In this document: in pieces, positions 53,004-61,682 of the stretch | How the letters are laid out: the number at the start of each line of letters is the position of its first letter | Position numbering within the stretch: the stretch's first letter is position 1 | NCBI GenBank assembly: GCA_964348275.1 | Contig: CAYGBT010000010.1 | Span: 21,424-85,423, forward strand | Direction of reading: 5' to 3' | Source: an uncultured bacterium | GTDB taxonomy: Bacteria; Methylomirabilota; Methylomirabilia; Methylomirabilales; CSP1-5 | Length of the DNA stretch: 64,000 nt | Position numbers and translations under genes: made by a program | Notes under the pieces: generated by a model | What the model saw: only the letters and a program-made list of their open reading frames with translations | Database searches by the model: none | Told to the model about the DNA's origin: nothing

Positions 53004-54188
53004 TTACGGCGTCGTGCCGTGAGCCCTTTTTGTTTCGGTTGCGTATAGGTTGCGTTTGGTTGCAGTCAAAATCGGGTCCAACCGGTCCACCGCCGCCTTG
53101 TTCGCGCCAGGGATCAGGTGGCCGTAGGTATCGACCGTGACCTTGATCGAGTGATGCCCCATCTGCTCCTTGACGTACACCAGAGATTCGCCCCGTCCCA
53201 GCAAGATGCTGGCGTAGGAATGGCGGAGGTCGTGGAGGCGGATCCTCCGAAGGCCTGCCCGGGCCAAGCAGCGGTGGAACACGCGCCGCCGAAGATTGCT
53301 CTCGTCCAATGGCCCGCCAACCTCATTCGTGAAAACCCATGCCTCCGGTGAAAGCTCCTGCCCAGTCAACGCCGCCTCGGCCTCCCTAAGCGTTCGGAGC
53401 TGTTTTAGCGTGTCTGCAAGATGGAGGGACATGTCCACGCGGCGGATCTTTCCGTTCTTCGGCGGCTCGATCCGGCCGCGCGTATAGCTCTGCCGTACTT
53501 CGATGAAGCGCCCCTGAAAGTCGAGATCCCCCCACTGCAGCCCGAAGGCCTCTCCGATGCGGAGGCCAGTCCGAACGAGACAGAGGAACAGCGCGTAATA
53601 ATGGGGAGCGTAATCCTGCACGGCTTGCAGGAATCGGCCCGCCTCCTCCTCCGTCAGAGGATTGCTCTTCAGGCGGGAGTCGGCCTTCGCCTTCAAGTAC
53701 TTCCCTAGACGGGCAGCTGGATTGGTGAGCTGTAAGTCGTCCTCGATTGCGTGGTTATAGATTTCCCGGATCACGGCCACCACCTGCCGGACGGTGCTAC
53801 GACTCAACGGCTTGCCCCGAAGACCCCGCTTGAGCATTTCCGCGATGAGGCACTTGAGGTCCCCTCGGCTAACGTCTGAGAGGGCTTTGACTCCGAAGCG
53901 AGGGAAAGCATACTGCCGCAGAAGCGTACCGTACGTGGTGTAGGTGCTCACACGGCATTGGCCTTTGGCGTAAGTCTCAAGCCACCGGTCGGCATGGTCC
54001 TGGAATGTGGGTCGCCGCTCCGAGGCTTCGTCTAAAATGGCCAGCTTCCCTAGCGCCAGCCGCGCCTCCAGCTTCCTCGCCACCTCCAGGGCAGCCTTGC
54101 GATCGCCGATCTTTTTCGCCTTCCGCTTGCCTTGGTGGTTGATAAACACCCACCAGCTGCCGTCTTTCTCTCTGACCCGCACGCCCAT
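53004..54188 (-). CDS. Tyrosine-type site-specific integrase
   Basis: 394 aa; SAM-like N-domain; catalytic region ...RTGLRIGEA...HDLRHSYASILL...GHHSIKVTVDTYGHL... Confidence 0.9.
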   Translation of the reverse strand: MGVRVREKDGSWWVFINHQGKRKAKKIGDRKAALEVARKLEARLALGKLAILDEASERRPTFQDHADRWLETYAKGQCRVSTYTTYGTLLRQYAFPRFGVKALSDVSRGDLKCLIAEMLKRGLRGKPLSRSTVRQVVAVIREIYNHAIEDDLQLTNPAARLGKYLKAKADSRLKSNPLTEEEAGRFLQAVQDYAPHYYALFLCLVRTGLRIGEAFGLQWGDLDFQGRFIEVRQSYTRGRIEPPKNGKIRRVDMSLHLADTLKQLRTLREAEAALTGQELSPEAWVFTNEVGGPLDESNLRRRVFHRCLARAGLRRIRLHDLRHSYASILLGRGESLVYVKEQMGHHSIKVTVDTYGHLIPGANKAAVDRLDPILTATKRNLYATETKRAHGTTP

Positions 54189-54275
54189 TGCATCACCTCC
54201 CCGGGCGTACAGGACGCGGCGGCGTCACTGTACCACAAACAAGATCTGAGGCAAACGAGGCTAGGCTTACAGTCA

Positions 54276-54602
54276 TCACGCCAACCTCCCCTCGTCTTGG
54301 CCGCCATGTAAAGCCGGCGTGGTGGAGGGAGCACCCGCGCACGGGTCCCGTCGGCGACGCCAGGCCCTGGTACGGCAAGCGGGTGTTGCGTATTTTCGGG
54401 CCTCGCCGCGACCTGGGGAATCCAGGGGCCTCCCACATCCGCACTGGCATGGCAACAAAGGCGTCACGTGACGGCTTTCCTGGGCCGTGGAGGGACGATC
54501 CTGGGCAATCGTGCACTCCCTCCCAGCATTGGCATCTACAACCCCTTCTTGGGTCTCCTCCGGCTGCTCGGGTGAGTTTGTACTGCGTTCGATCGAACTC
54601 AT
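54276..54602 (-). CDS. Small zinc-ribbon/Arg-rich protein (paralog of 59611-59802)
   Basis: ...CQCGCGRPLDSPGRGEARKYATPACRTRAWRRRRD... aligns with CLNCKQPFEAQREDATYCGGRCRAEASRRRRD. Its start overlaps the xis stop by 4 nt. Confidence 0.45.
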   Translation of the reverse strand: MSSIERSTNSPEQPEETQEGVVDANAGRECTIAQDRPSTAQESRHVTPLLPCQCGCGRPLDSPGRGEARKYATPACRTRAWRRRRDPCAGAPSTTPALHGGQDEGRLA

Positions 54603-54880
54603 TGTGCTACCTCCTTTATGATGTGAGAGACCAACCGATTCAAATCAGCACCATCGCGTCGGAATTGAGCCATCCAGCCGTCGAACTCGGACCGGCGGAC
54701 CAAGACCTTGCCCTCCAGGCGGTAGTGGGGAAGCGGGTGCGCTGGGTCGGCCAAGGCCTTTCGCAATGTCCTGACGGACAGCCCCGAGTAGTCGGAGAGC
54801 GCCTTCAGCGAGAGGTACGGATCTAGGTCCGTCTGAATTGCGATGCTGTCAACAACACTCATTCCCTGAGTTACATGCAT
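54599..54880 (-). CDS. Excisionase-family HTH DNA-binding protein
   Basis: ...YLSLKALSDYSGLSVRTLRKALADPAHPLPHYRLEGKVLVRRSEFDGWM... is typical of AlpA/Xis (HTH_17-like) proteins; located upstream of int. Confidence 0.7.
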   Translation of the reverse strand: MHVTQGMSVVDSIAIQTDLDPYLSLKALSDYSGLSVRTLRKALADPAHPLPHYRLEGKVLVRRSEFDGWMAQFRRDGADLNRLVSHIIKEVAQ

Positions 54881-54964
54881 TCTCCGGAAAGGCTCCCGGT
54901 TAGTCTAAGTGCCCGCTTCCTCAGCTTATTGCGCTTCATTAATCGGATAGGCATTTAATGCCGG

Positions 54965-55567
54965 TCAATCATCCGGCCCCCCGGTCATTCTCGAAATATG
55001 GGTCTCGGTTCGTCGCTGATTCTGCTCCACCCATTGGCGAGCTGCCGCCATCTCTTCTTCCGTCAGGGTGGCCTGTAAGCCCTTCACATCGCAGCGATCG
55101 TCCGCTTGGCCACTTGCCGGATCGCATGTGCTGCAGTAGCCATCAGGGATATGTGGGTCTGCGTAGTCGTAGTAATTTCGTTGTGCCCCACAACGCTTGC
55201 ACGGTTCCAGGTTGCTTTCGATCTCCTCCGCCTCAGCGAACACCTTATTCCACTCTTCCTCAGTGCTGGCGATCGCGTTTTGAAATCTCTGTTCGCCTAA
55301 GGCGCTTTCGATGGTCGCCAGCCTTCGAGATGCAAATGGACGCATCCTTATCTGATAGCTGCCGGTCGTACGATAGAACCTCTCCCAAAACTCTATGTCC
55401 CGGATCTTTTCCAGATAATGTCTCGCTAGAACTTCCAGTTCATAAACTGTGGGTTTGAAGTTCTCAACAAGGCATGCTGATTTGTCGTTTACTCCTCTTA
55501 TACCTCCACCTACGACCCCTGCCAGTGGTCCTAAGCCGTCAGATTCGACTGCGATCTGGTTTTGCAT
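54965..55567 (-). CDS. Hypothetical protein (Cys cluster CKRCG...CSTCD)
   Basis: 200-aa ORF in the same orientation as the element operon; no domain recognised. Confidence 0.5.
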   Translation of the reverse strand: MQNQIAVESDGLGPLAGVVGGGIRGVNDKSACLVENFKPTVYELEVLARHYLEKIRDIEFWERFYRTTGSYQIRMRPFASRRLATIESALGEQRFQNAIASTEEEWNKVFAEAEEIESNLEPCKRCGAQRNYYDYADPHIPDGYCSTCDPASGQADDRCDVKGLQATLTEEEMAAARQWVEQNQRRTETHISRMTGGPDD

Positions 55568-55883
55568 GTTTGCTCCTTTCTTTTAGCGCGTGTTCTTCTG
55601 TCCCGACCGTTGTCTTTCTTTCACTAGGCCCAAGGTTGGGTGCTGTCCGAAAACCTCCCTGTGAAGGACGCATTACGCGTTCAATAGTTTCGTGGCGTTT
55701 CTTCTGCCTTTTCTCCGTCTCAAAAGGAACCTCTTTTGGACCAAGGGGCCGAGAAATGCACCTTTCCAAGTCGTCGATCTGCTGTGACTTTGATGGAAGC
55801 ATTTTGACAAGATGTCGCATGGGTACTCCTTTTGCCTGCCGAGTTAACTTGTGTGCATATCTGCCAGGTAGCGTCTGGCACAT
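55539..55883 (-). CDS. Hypothetical basic protein
   Basis: 114-aa ORF between the helicase gene and 54965-55567. The start is uncertain (internal MRHLVKM). Confidence 0.35.
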   Translation of the reverse strand: MCQTLPGRYAHKLTRQAKGVPMRHLVKMLPSKSQQIDDLERCISRPLGPKEVPFETEKRQKKRHETIERVMRPSQGGFRTAPNLGPSERKTTVGTEEHALKERSKHAKPDRSRI

Positions 55884-55902
55884 CGTGTGCCGCTGGTTCT
55901 GT

Positions 55903-57060
55903 TTACCCTCGCTTTTCTGTAAAGCGGCGCTTCGGCCGGTCGAAAATAACTTCTACGTTGCCTGTCGGCCCGTACCGGTTCTTGTCCACTCGGAGCACTA
56001 ACCGCACTTGAGCCTTCGTAAGCTCCTCTTTTTCGCCAAACAGGAAGTTTACTGTGTCCGCCTGTTGCTCTATCTCGCCCGATTCCCTGATGTCTGCCAG
56101 CGTTGGTTGTTCGGACCGGCGCCCCTCCACGTTCCGGTTCAACTGACAGACCAAAAGGCAGGCCGTTCCGGTCTGTTGCAGTAAACTCCGAAGACTCTGG
56201 AGGATCTCCCGGATCTCCTCCACACGGGTCTGATCCTTGCGGCGGGGCATCCTGATGAAGCCCAGGTGATCGATAAAGAGTGCCTTAATACCGCCAGCTT
56301 GGATCGCCCATCTCAGGTCGAGGGCCAGCGTGGGCCAGCAGCACGGTGAATCCTGCAGGACGTAGACTTCCTCGTCAGATAAACAGCCTTGCGCCGCCGC
56401 CAGCTCCGCCGTCTCCGAGGCCCCGATCTCAAGCGGGACGACGAGGGTTGGCATACCCGCCTTTGCCATATTGGTCGCCCACTGAACCATCAGCGTGGTT
56501 TTTCCCCGGCTGGGTCTTCCGGCGAGCACGTTGATCCTTCCAGGGGCCAATCCCTTGGTCAGCATCTCCCACATGGGAAAGCCCACGGGACGAAACTCGA
56601 TGGTACTTCTCTCCTCGTGAACCGCTCGTAGGCGAACCATCCGGCTCAGCTCTGCACCTTCACCTATGGCCTGGTCCCATATCCGCTGCGCCTCAAGCCT
56701 CTTTACACCGTACGGACGCTGGTCTTTCAGGAGCAAGTCGGCAATCTGCTTGGAAGCCCGGATCAAGCGCTGCTCACTCGCACACTCTTTCAGGCGGCGG
56801 ACCCAATACTCCTGATCCGTCCCGACCGTCTCCTCGATGACGTAATCAATCACCCGATCCTTCAGTTCTGGCTTCACGTCTTGAAGGATTTCGACACTGA
56901 CCTCCCGGCCCTCCATCGCCGCCTCACGGATTGACAGAAACACTGGCTTGAGGTCATCAGGGAAATCCTCGGGGTCGCACTGCCTGATCATGGGCAGGAC
57001 CGCCTGGGAATCAAATAAAGCCTTGGAGAGCACTTTGCGAGCGATGTCCTGCTGTCTCAT
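55903..57060 (-). CDS. DnaB-like replicative helicase (C-terminal RecA-like domain)
   Basis: Walker A ...LAGRPSRGKTTLMVQ...; Walker B-like ...ALFIDHLGFI...; ...LLVCQLNR...IRESGEIEQQADTV... Confidence 0.8.
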   Translation of the reverse strand: MRQQDIARKVLSKALFDSQAVLPMIRQCDPEDFPDDLKPVFLSIREAAMEGREVSVEILQDVKPELKDRVIDYVIEETVGTDQEYWVRRLKECASEQRLIRASKQIADLLLKDQRPYGVKRLEAQRIWDQAIGEGAELSRMVRLRAVHEERSTIEFRPVGFPMWEMLTKGLAPGRINVLAGRPSRGKTTLMVQWATNMAKAGMPTLVVPLEIGASETAELAAAQGCLSDEEVYVLQDSPCCWPTLALDLRWAIQAGGIKALFIDHLGFIRMPRRKDQTRVEEIREILQSLRSLLQQTGTACLLVCQLNRNVEGRRSEQPTLADIRESGEIEQQADTVNFLFGEKEELTKAQVRLVLRVDKNRYGPTGNVEVIFDRPKRRFTEKRG

Positions 57061-57070
57061 AGGGCTTTCC

Positions 57071-57850
57071 TCAATAGTCGGGGCCTATCCGCATTTCCCC
57101 CCGCATTTCCGTCTTCTTCGCCTCATTCAAATATGCCTCGAAGTTCTCACTACTAAAGAGCGTCTTCGGCCTGAGGAATCGGGACATCTTGGCATCGTTC
57201 AGCCACTCGTCTGCCTTGCAGGCGATCACGGCCTTGAAGTCCTCCACTGTAAAGCCCTCACTGAAGCGGGCACGGATGTGCTGACGGGTTTTCTGCGTTG
57301 AAGTCCTGAATGCCGTGTCAGCCTTCTGGTTCAAGTACGAGACGATTTCCCTGATGGCACCGAGATCGTTAGAACTCGACAATATCTCTTTCTTACATTC
57401 TTCCATTCTCACGTTATGGCCCTTACTTGGCCCTCGCTTGGCCCCTACTTGGCCCTCCTCTTGGCCCTCAGTCTGCTCTGATGATTGATAAGCGTTGAAA
57501 TTCAGTACTGTTATCTCCGTATATCTCTTGGCCCTCCTCTTGGCCCGAATTGAACCGATTCGTTCGAGGTTGACCAAAGCGCCCCTGACGACCTTTCTGG
57601 AGACCTTAGCCATCTCTGCGAGCTTCGGCTCGCTAGTCACGAAGCTGCCCCGAGCAATTTCCACCTTACCGGTCCCGTCGAACCATTTCCGGCTGATGTT
57701 GTTCGCCATCAGGAGGCACGTGGCCCAGACTTTAAACTGTCCAGGAGACAGACCCCAGACCGTGCTCTCCATCGTCTTGCGGTGAAATTTGATCCAGCCA
57801 GCAATAGTCATCAGAGATTCATGACCTTGGTCTAAGGCGCCGTTTGGCAT
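57071..57850 (-). CDS. Phage-type replisome organizer / replication initiator-like protein
   Basis: The C-terminal region ...TQKTRQHIRARFSEGFTVEDFKAVIACKADEWLNDAKMSRFLRPKTLFS..ENFEAYLNE... matches the conserved phage C-terminus (Phg_2220_C-like). It lies directly upstream of the helicase gene. Confidence 0.7.
   Translation of the reverse strand: MPNGALDQGHESLMTIAGWIKFHRKTMESTVWGLSPGQFKVWATCLLMANNISRKWFDGTGKVEIARGSFVTSEPKLAEMAKVSRKVVRGALVNLERIGSIRAKRRAKRYTEITVLNFNAYQSSEQTEGQEEGQVGAKRGPSKGHNVRMEECKKEILSSSNDLGAIREIVSYLNQKADTAFRTSTQKTRQHIRARFSEGFTVEDFKAVIACKADEWLNDAKMSRFLRPKTLFSSENFEAYLNEAKKTEMRGEMRIGPDY
57426..57546. repeat. Iteron-like array: CTTGGCCC x4 (starts 57426, 57437, 57448, 57460), a 59-nt AT-rich spacer, then CTTGGCCC x2 (57527, 57539)
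   Basis: Read directly; 11-12-nt phasing. It is embedded in the replisome-organizer coding sequence. Confidence 0.7.
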
Positions 57851-58095
57851 TAACCAATGTCATCTCCGTTTTTTAACCCTAATGTCGCTAGAAACGCTTG
57901 AATGCGTTCCTGCTCTTCCAATGTGGCGACGTGGATCTCGATATGGGAGGGCACAAATTTGCCATTGATAACTTCCCCCACGCATGTGAAGGAAGCCGGC
58001 GAAGAATGTGTCCGCTCCAAATGAACAGCCATGTCCTCAAGTTGTTGTCGCTCCATATCCCCCTGCCTCCCACTTAAATGAGATCGGCACATCAT
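57850..58095 (-). CDS. Hypothetical small protein
   Basis: 81-aa ORF whose stop abuts the start of 57071-57850; co-oriented. Confidence 0.4.
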   Translation of the reverse strand: MMCRSHLSGRQGDMERQQLEDMAVHLERTHSSPASFTCVGEVINGKFVPSHIEIHVATLEEQERIQAFLATLGLKNGDDIG

Positions 58096-58128
58096 GTGCC
58101 AAACCGGTCTCGCCTGTGGAAGTGAAGG

Positions 58129-58332
58129 TCATAGCTCACTTCTCATCTCCCGGCGGACCGCCTGGTCTAATTTTCGAATCGCTGGAACTAGCCGTTCATA
58201 CAGCGCCGTAGCGGCCATTTGCGCTTCAAGTTTCTCGGCGGCAACTTGGACCTTCAACACCCCGTTCGGACCAACGATGATCCGCATCTCAAACTCGCTA
58301 CGCATGCCCACCTCCTCCTCTCCTGGATACAC
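58129..58332 (-). CDS. Hypothetical small protein
   Basis: 67-aa ORF, co-oriented; no domain recognised. Confidence 0.35.
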   Translation of the reverse strand: MYPGEEEVGMRSEFEMRIIVGPNGVLKVQVAAEKLEAQMAATALYERLVPAIRKLDQAVRREMRSEL

Positions 58333-58444
58333 CTAGGTATCCGGCATGAGGGGCGGAAAAGCGGAACTGGATCGGAAAAAATCGTGAATGCTGGAATGCG
58401 TAGGGGGGCTAGAAAGATGGTGCAAAGAAAAAGCGGAGACCAGC

Positions 58445-59638
58445 CTACTTGTGGCGTTTCCTGGGATTCAAGTCGAAGCCAAAAATTTCAATGAGTTCGT
58501 CCGGTCGTGACTCTATCTTTTTGAGATATTTTCGCACTTGCCGGTCGGTCAGGCCAACCTGCCGGGCGATCTCAGCCTGGCTCGGTGGCCTTATGACCTG
58601 ACCGCTCTCCGTCCCTTCCGTTCCCCAAACCTCGGGGTTCAATATGATTTCTAGGATATCGGGGGCCTTTGGGCCGAAAGCCTTCTCCAATTGTTGGGCC
58701 TGATGGCGGGTTGGCAGACGCTCCTCCGACTTAATATACTCGAAAGGGAAGACAGGCGGTCTCTTTCGGATGGTTACGACTTGTTCTGGCGGCTCCTCGG
58801 GGGCCGATCGATATTTTGGACGATTTTTTTTGCGGGGAGACGGGGGCATGATGATTGTTTCGTTCTCCCTGTCCTTGGTAATCCATCTTGGACCCCGCTG
58901 GAGGCTGGCTTTCCGATCTTTCAGCCGCTTGGGGAGGTATTCCAGCTCCGCATCCAACACGTTGGCCATAAAGTCGTCGTGTGGAAGGCATCGGATCTTC
59001 TCCAATTCTTCATAGAAGACCAAAGCCCGCTGTGCTACATATTCCCGTTTTTTTTCCGGATCGTGTAGAAAAGGAATTACGTTAAATGGCTTCAGGAGTT
59101 CCCTTTCTGGCTCCAGACCCCTGAATTTAACAAGCAGTAAGATATTGAGAGTAAGGGGAAGCCGTGTAGAGCGCCTGGCGATCTCTTCTCCGATCCAATA
59201 AAAAACCGCAATGTCGATGCAGGCATCAATCCAGCAGTCCAATGCTTCCCGGACAGTGGAGCACTGTATGAGAAGCAGGAACAGGAAGAATAGCCTATCA
59301 TCGGCCTCCGAAGTGGTTCGGTACCTTTCCGGGATGCTGGTATGAATTAAGTACAGCCATTTCCAGCCCGGTGACCGGAGTTCAAGTATATCCTTACCGG
59401 AAAAAACAGAAAGATCGAGATCGAGGTCGACTATGCGCCTGGAGATCGATTCCCACACCCGTCGACAGCGAGAGATGTAGGCCCGACCTTCCTCAGTCTG
59501 AGACAGGGAGATAATAGTAGACATGATCTGTTCCGTTGATGCATGCGGAATCGCTTGGTGTGCAGACATGTGCTCCCCCCTCGACGCCTCCCTAGCGGCA
59601 AGAAAGTCCATCATCTTCCATCTGCTTCCTCGCCCCAC
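58445..59638 (-). CDS. Hypothetical protein with a C-terminal HTH (sigma-70 region-4-like)
   Basis: 397 aa; ...SQAEIARQVGLTDRQVRKYLKKI... near the C-terminus; the remainder is unrecognised. Confidence 0.55.
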   Translation of the reverse strand: MGRGSRWKMMDFLAAREASRGEHMSAHQAIPHASTEQIMSTIISLSQTEEGRAYISRCRRVWESISRRIVDLDLDLSVFSGKDILELRSPGWKWLYLIHTSIPERYRTTSEADDRLFFLFLLLIQCSTVREALDCWIDACIDIAVFYWIGEEIARRSTRLPLTLNILLLVKFRGLEPERELLKPFNVIPFLHDPEKKREYVAQRALVFYEELEKIRCLPHDDFMANVLDAELEYLPKRLKDRKASLQRGPRWITKDRENETIIMPPSPRKKNRPKYRSAPEEPPEQVVTIRKRPPVFPFEYIKSEERLPTRHQAQQLEKAFGPKAPDILEIILNPEVWGTEGTESGQVIRPPSQAEIARQVGLTDRQVRKYLKKIESRPDELIEIFGFDLNPRKRHK

Positions 59639-59802
59639 ATGACCCGCCGGATCTTCCCCAAGGCTCTCTCCGCCTCGTCCAGCGCAGCCGCCAGTTCCCG
59701 GTCCCGGCGCCTTCGGGATGCCTCGGCCCTACATCGCCCGCCGCAGTATGTCGCATCCTCTCTCTGCGCCTCGAAGGGCTGTTTGCAGTTCAGACAAATC
59801 AT
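59611..59802 (-). CDS. Small zinc-ribbon/Arg-rich protein
   Basis: MICLNCKQPFEAQREDATYCGGRCRAEASRRRRDRE...; first gene of the leftward operon; paralog of 54276-54602. Confidence 0.5.
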   Translation of the reverse strand: MICLNCKQPFEAQREDATYCGGRCRAEASRRRRDRELAAALDEAERALGKIRRVMWGEEADGR

Positions 59803-60025
59803 CCGTCGTTTCTCTTCCGAATCTCCCGCACGTGCGGCTGCTGGGCTAAAAAAAAGAGCCGTTCAGGGCCGGTCCCGTCTTATTATGAGCCGCCGCTTTG
59901 ACTTTACACACTACATACAGAGCAAAATTTATACCATCCTCAAAAAAGTTCGCACGTTTTTACCGCCTTTTTTCTTATGGGACATCGCCACAATGAAATT
60001 CCCGATGTGGTCACTGGCGCGCTCA

Positions 60026-60115
60026 TCACCCCAGCACATCACCAAGATCCCGGAGCGGCAGGCCGATCTGACGCGCCACCTCAGATTGTGTCAAACCAAG
60101 CGCCTGGCGAGCCAA
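60026..60115 (-). pseudogene. Possible remnant of an XRE-family HTH regulator
   Basis: My own minus-strand translation gives (TTG)ARQALGLTQSEVARQIGLPLRDLGDVLG*. This is a textbook HTH helix 2-3 segment, but only 29 codons are open. The palindrome at 60133-60149 lies just upstream. Confidence 0.3.
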
Positions 60116-60325
60116 TAAATTACGGAAATTTTCTGCACATCATGTGCAGGAGAGATTGGGGGTGCTCTCAATGCGGGAGGGGGGAAATCGGACGCGATAG
60201 CATGCCGAACGAACCTATTCACGAGGCGCAGTGCAAGCTGCCGAATGCCGTTTGTGCGATCTTTGTCTCAGTGCGCAGACCAATATGAGCTAACCATTCA
60301 ATTTCACTGTCTCGTTCCAAAAAGC

Positions 60326-60366
60326 AGACACTATTGAGACACTATGTAGACACCAACAGCAGACAC
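60326..60366. repeat. Four direct AGACAC repeats phased 11/11/13 nt
   Basis: AGACAC at 60326, 60337, 60348 and 60361, read directly, in the non-coding region upstream of the GIY-YIG gene. Confidence 0.6.
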
Positions 60367-60434
60367 CCCCGTTCCTGGTCAGCCGGACGAAGACTTGCTG
60401 ATCCCCCAATTTCAATCGGCTATAATGGTCGGGT

Positions 60435-60743
60435 ATGAAGCCGAAGTACTTGAGGATGCTCCAGCGGATGGCGGAGGACCCCCGGCGGCAGGCGACCACA
60501 TGGTCGGTCTACATCCTGCGCTGCCGGGACGGGACCTACTACACGGGGATCGCCAAGGACGTGCAGGAGCGCCTGAGGAAGCACCAGGCGGGAAAGGGCG
60601 CCGCTTACACCCGGACCCGCCTGCCGGTCGAACTACTTTATGAGGAAAACGGCCTGCCCCGGTCCGAGGCCCTGGTCCGGGAGGCGCGGATCAAGGCTAT
60701 GCCGCGCGCAAAAAAAGGGCGGCTTGCTCGGAAGAAAGTTTAA
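60435..60743 (+). CDS. GIY-YIG nuclease-family protein (UPF0213-like)
   Basis: ...WSVYILRCRDGTYYTGIAKDVQERLRKHQAGKGAAYTR...LLYEE... The start may be internal. Confidence 0.8.
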   Translation: MKPKYLRMLQRMAEDPRRQATTWSVYILRCRDGTYYTGIAKDVQERLRKHQAGKGAAYTRTRLPVELLYEENGLPRSEALVREARIKAMPRAKKGRLARKKV

Positions 60744-61238
60744 TTTCACGCGTGCAACCCCTAGCACGCCCGCGTCCCCTCCAACTCCCGCCGCACCGCC
60801 TTGATCTCCTCTCTACCTATATATCGCAGGGTGTTTCACCGCCAGGGACATAAGTTAGATATAGATAGGTAATATATGACGTGGGGGTCAGAGCTAGATG
60901 CGTGCGTGACGGGCCGGTGGGCGTGTGATGGTGGATGGGCCAACCGTATCACCTCGATCAGCCTGGAACTATGTGGGATGGTACGGGCACCGTCTTATAA
61001 CAGTCTTGAAAGCCAGAGACGAACCGGCACCACCCTATAAATGTTTGTCGCCTCGTAGTGACTGGGTTCATCGCGCCGCCCCTGAGAGCACTGGGCAGGC
61101 GCGAGTGATCGTGAACCCGCCTGCTTGCAAGGCCCTCCTACGGTGCGCTCCAGATGACCTTGTCAACCTTGTAGAGCATGCCCATCGCTCAGCCCTCCCC
61201 TATCAGTACGACATGCCGCGATAACCTACCTGCCCCAG

Positions 61239-61682
61239 TTATGGATTGCTAGGGCCACTACTGGGGAAATGTCTTGCTGTCCAGGGATTCACCTGGCGCC
61301 ATCGACTAACGATTTCTCCCCGCTTGGCCATCTCAACGATAGGAGACATGATAAAATCAAAGTCATCAGACATATAGGGGAGGATTAGATCTGGCCTTTC
61401 CTTGGAGAGAATGTAGAGGCCAAGGGCGATTGGTGGCTGAGGAGCTTTACTCGTCATAGACGCTAGCGAGAAAGGCGCTGTCTCAGAATAGTACCAGACT
61501 TCAGGCTGACCGCCCCATGTCCCACGGGACTGAAGCGTCATAGCTAACCAAGCGTTGGGGTCGCGCTCAGCATGTTCTAACATAAATTTCGCAAAGCACT
61601 TAACCTGAGTCTCAACAACGCTCTCAGCAAGAGCTTGCGGGTTCCCAAAAACCCCCCTAAGCATTTTCCAGAATCCCATCAC
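61239..61682 (-). CDS. Hypothetical protein
   Basis: 147 aa; 4-nt overlap with the upstream ORF; no domain recognised. Confidence 0.5.
   Translation of the reverse strand: MMGFWKMLRGVFGNPQALAESVVETQVKCFAKFMLEHAERDPNAWLAMTLQSRGTWGGQPEVWYYSETAPFSLASMTSKAPQPPIALGLYILSKERPDLILPYMSDDFDFIMSPIVEMAKRGEIVSRWRQVNPWTARHFPSSGPSNP

Noticed and set aside
54950-54962. Small palindrome GGCATT-T-AATGCC between the 200-aa ORF stop and the xis start
   Set aside because: The arms are only 6 bp in an AT-richer patch, which is within chance expectation. I note it only as a possible xis operator or terminator.
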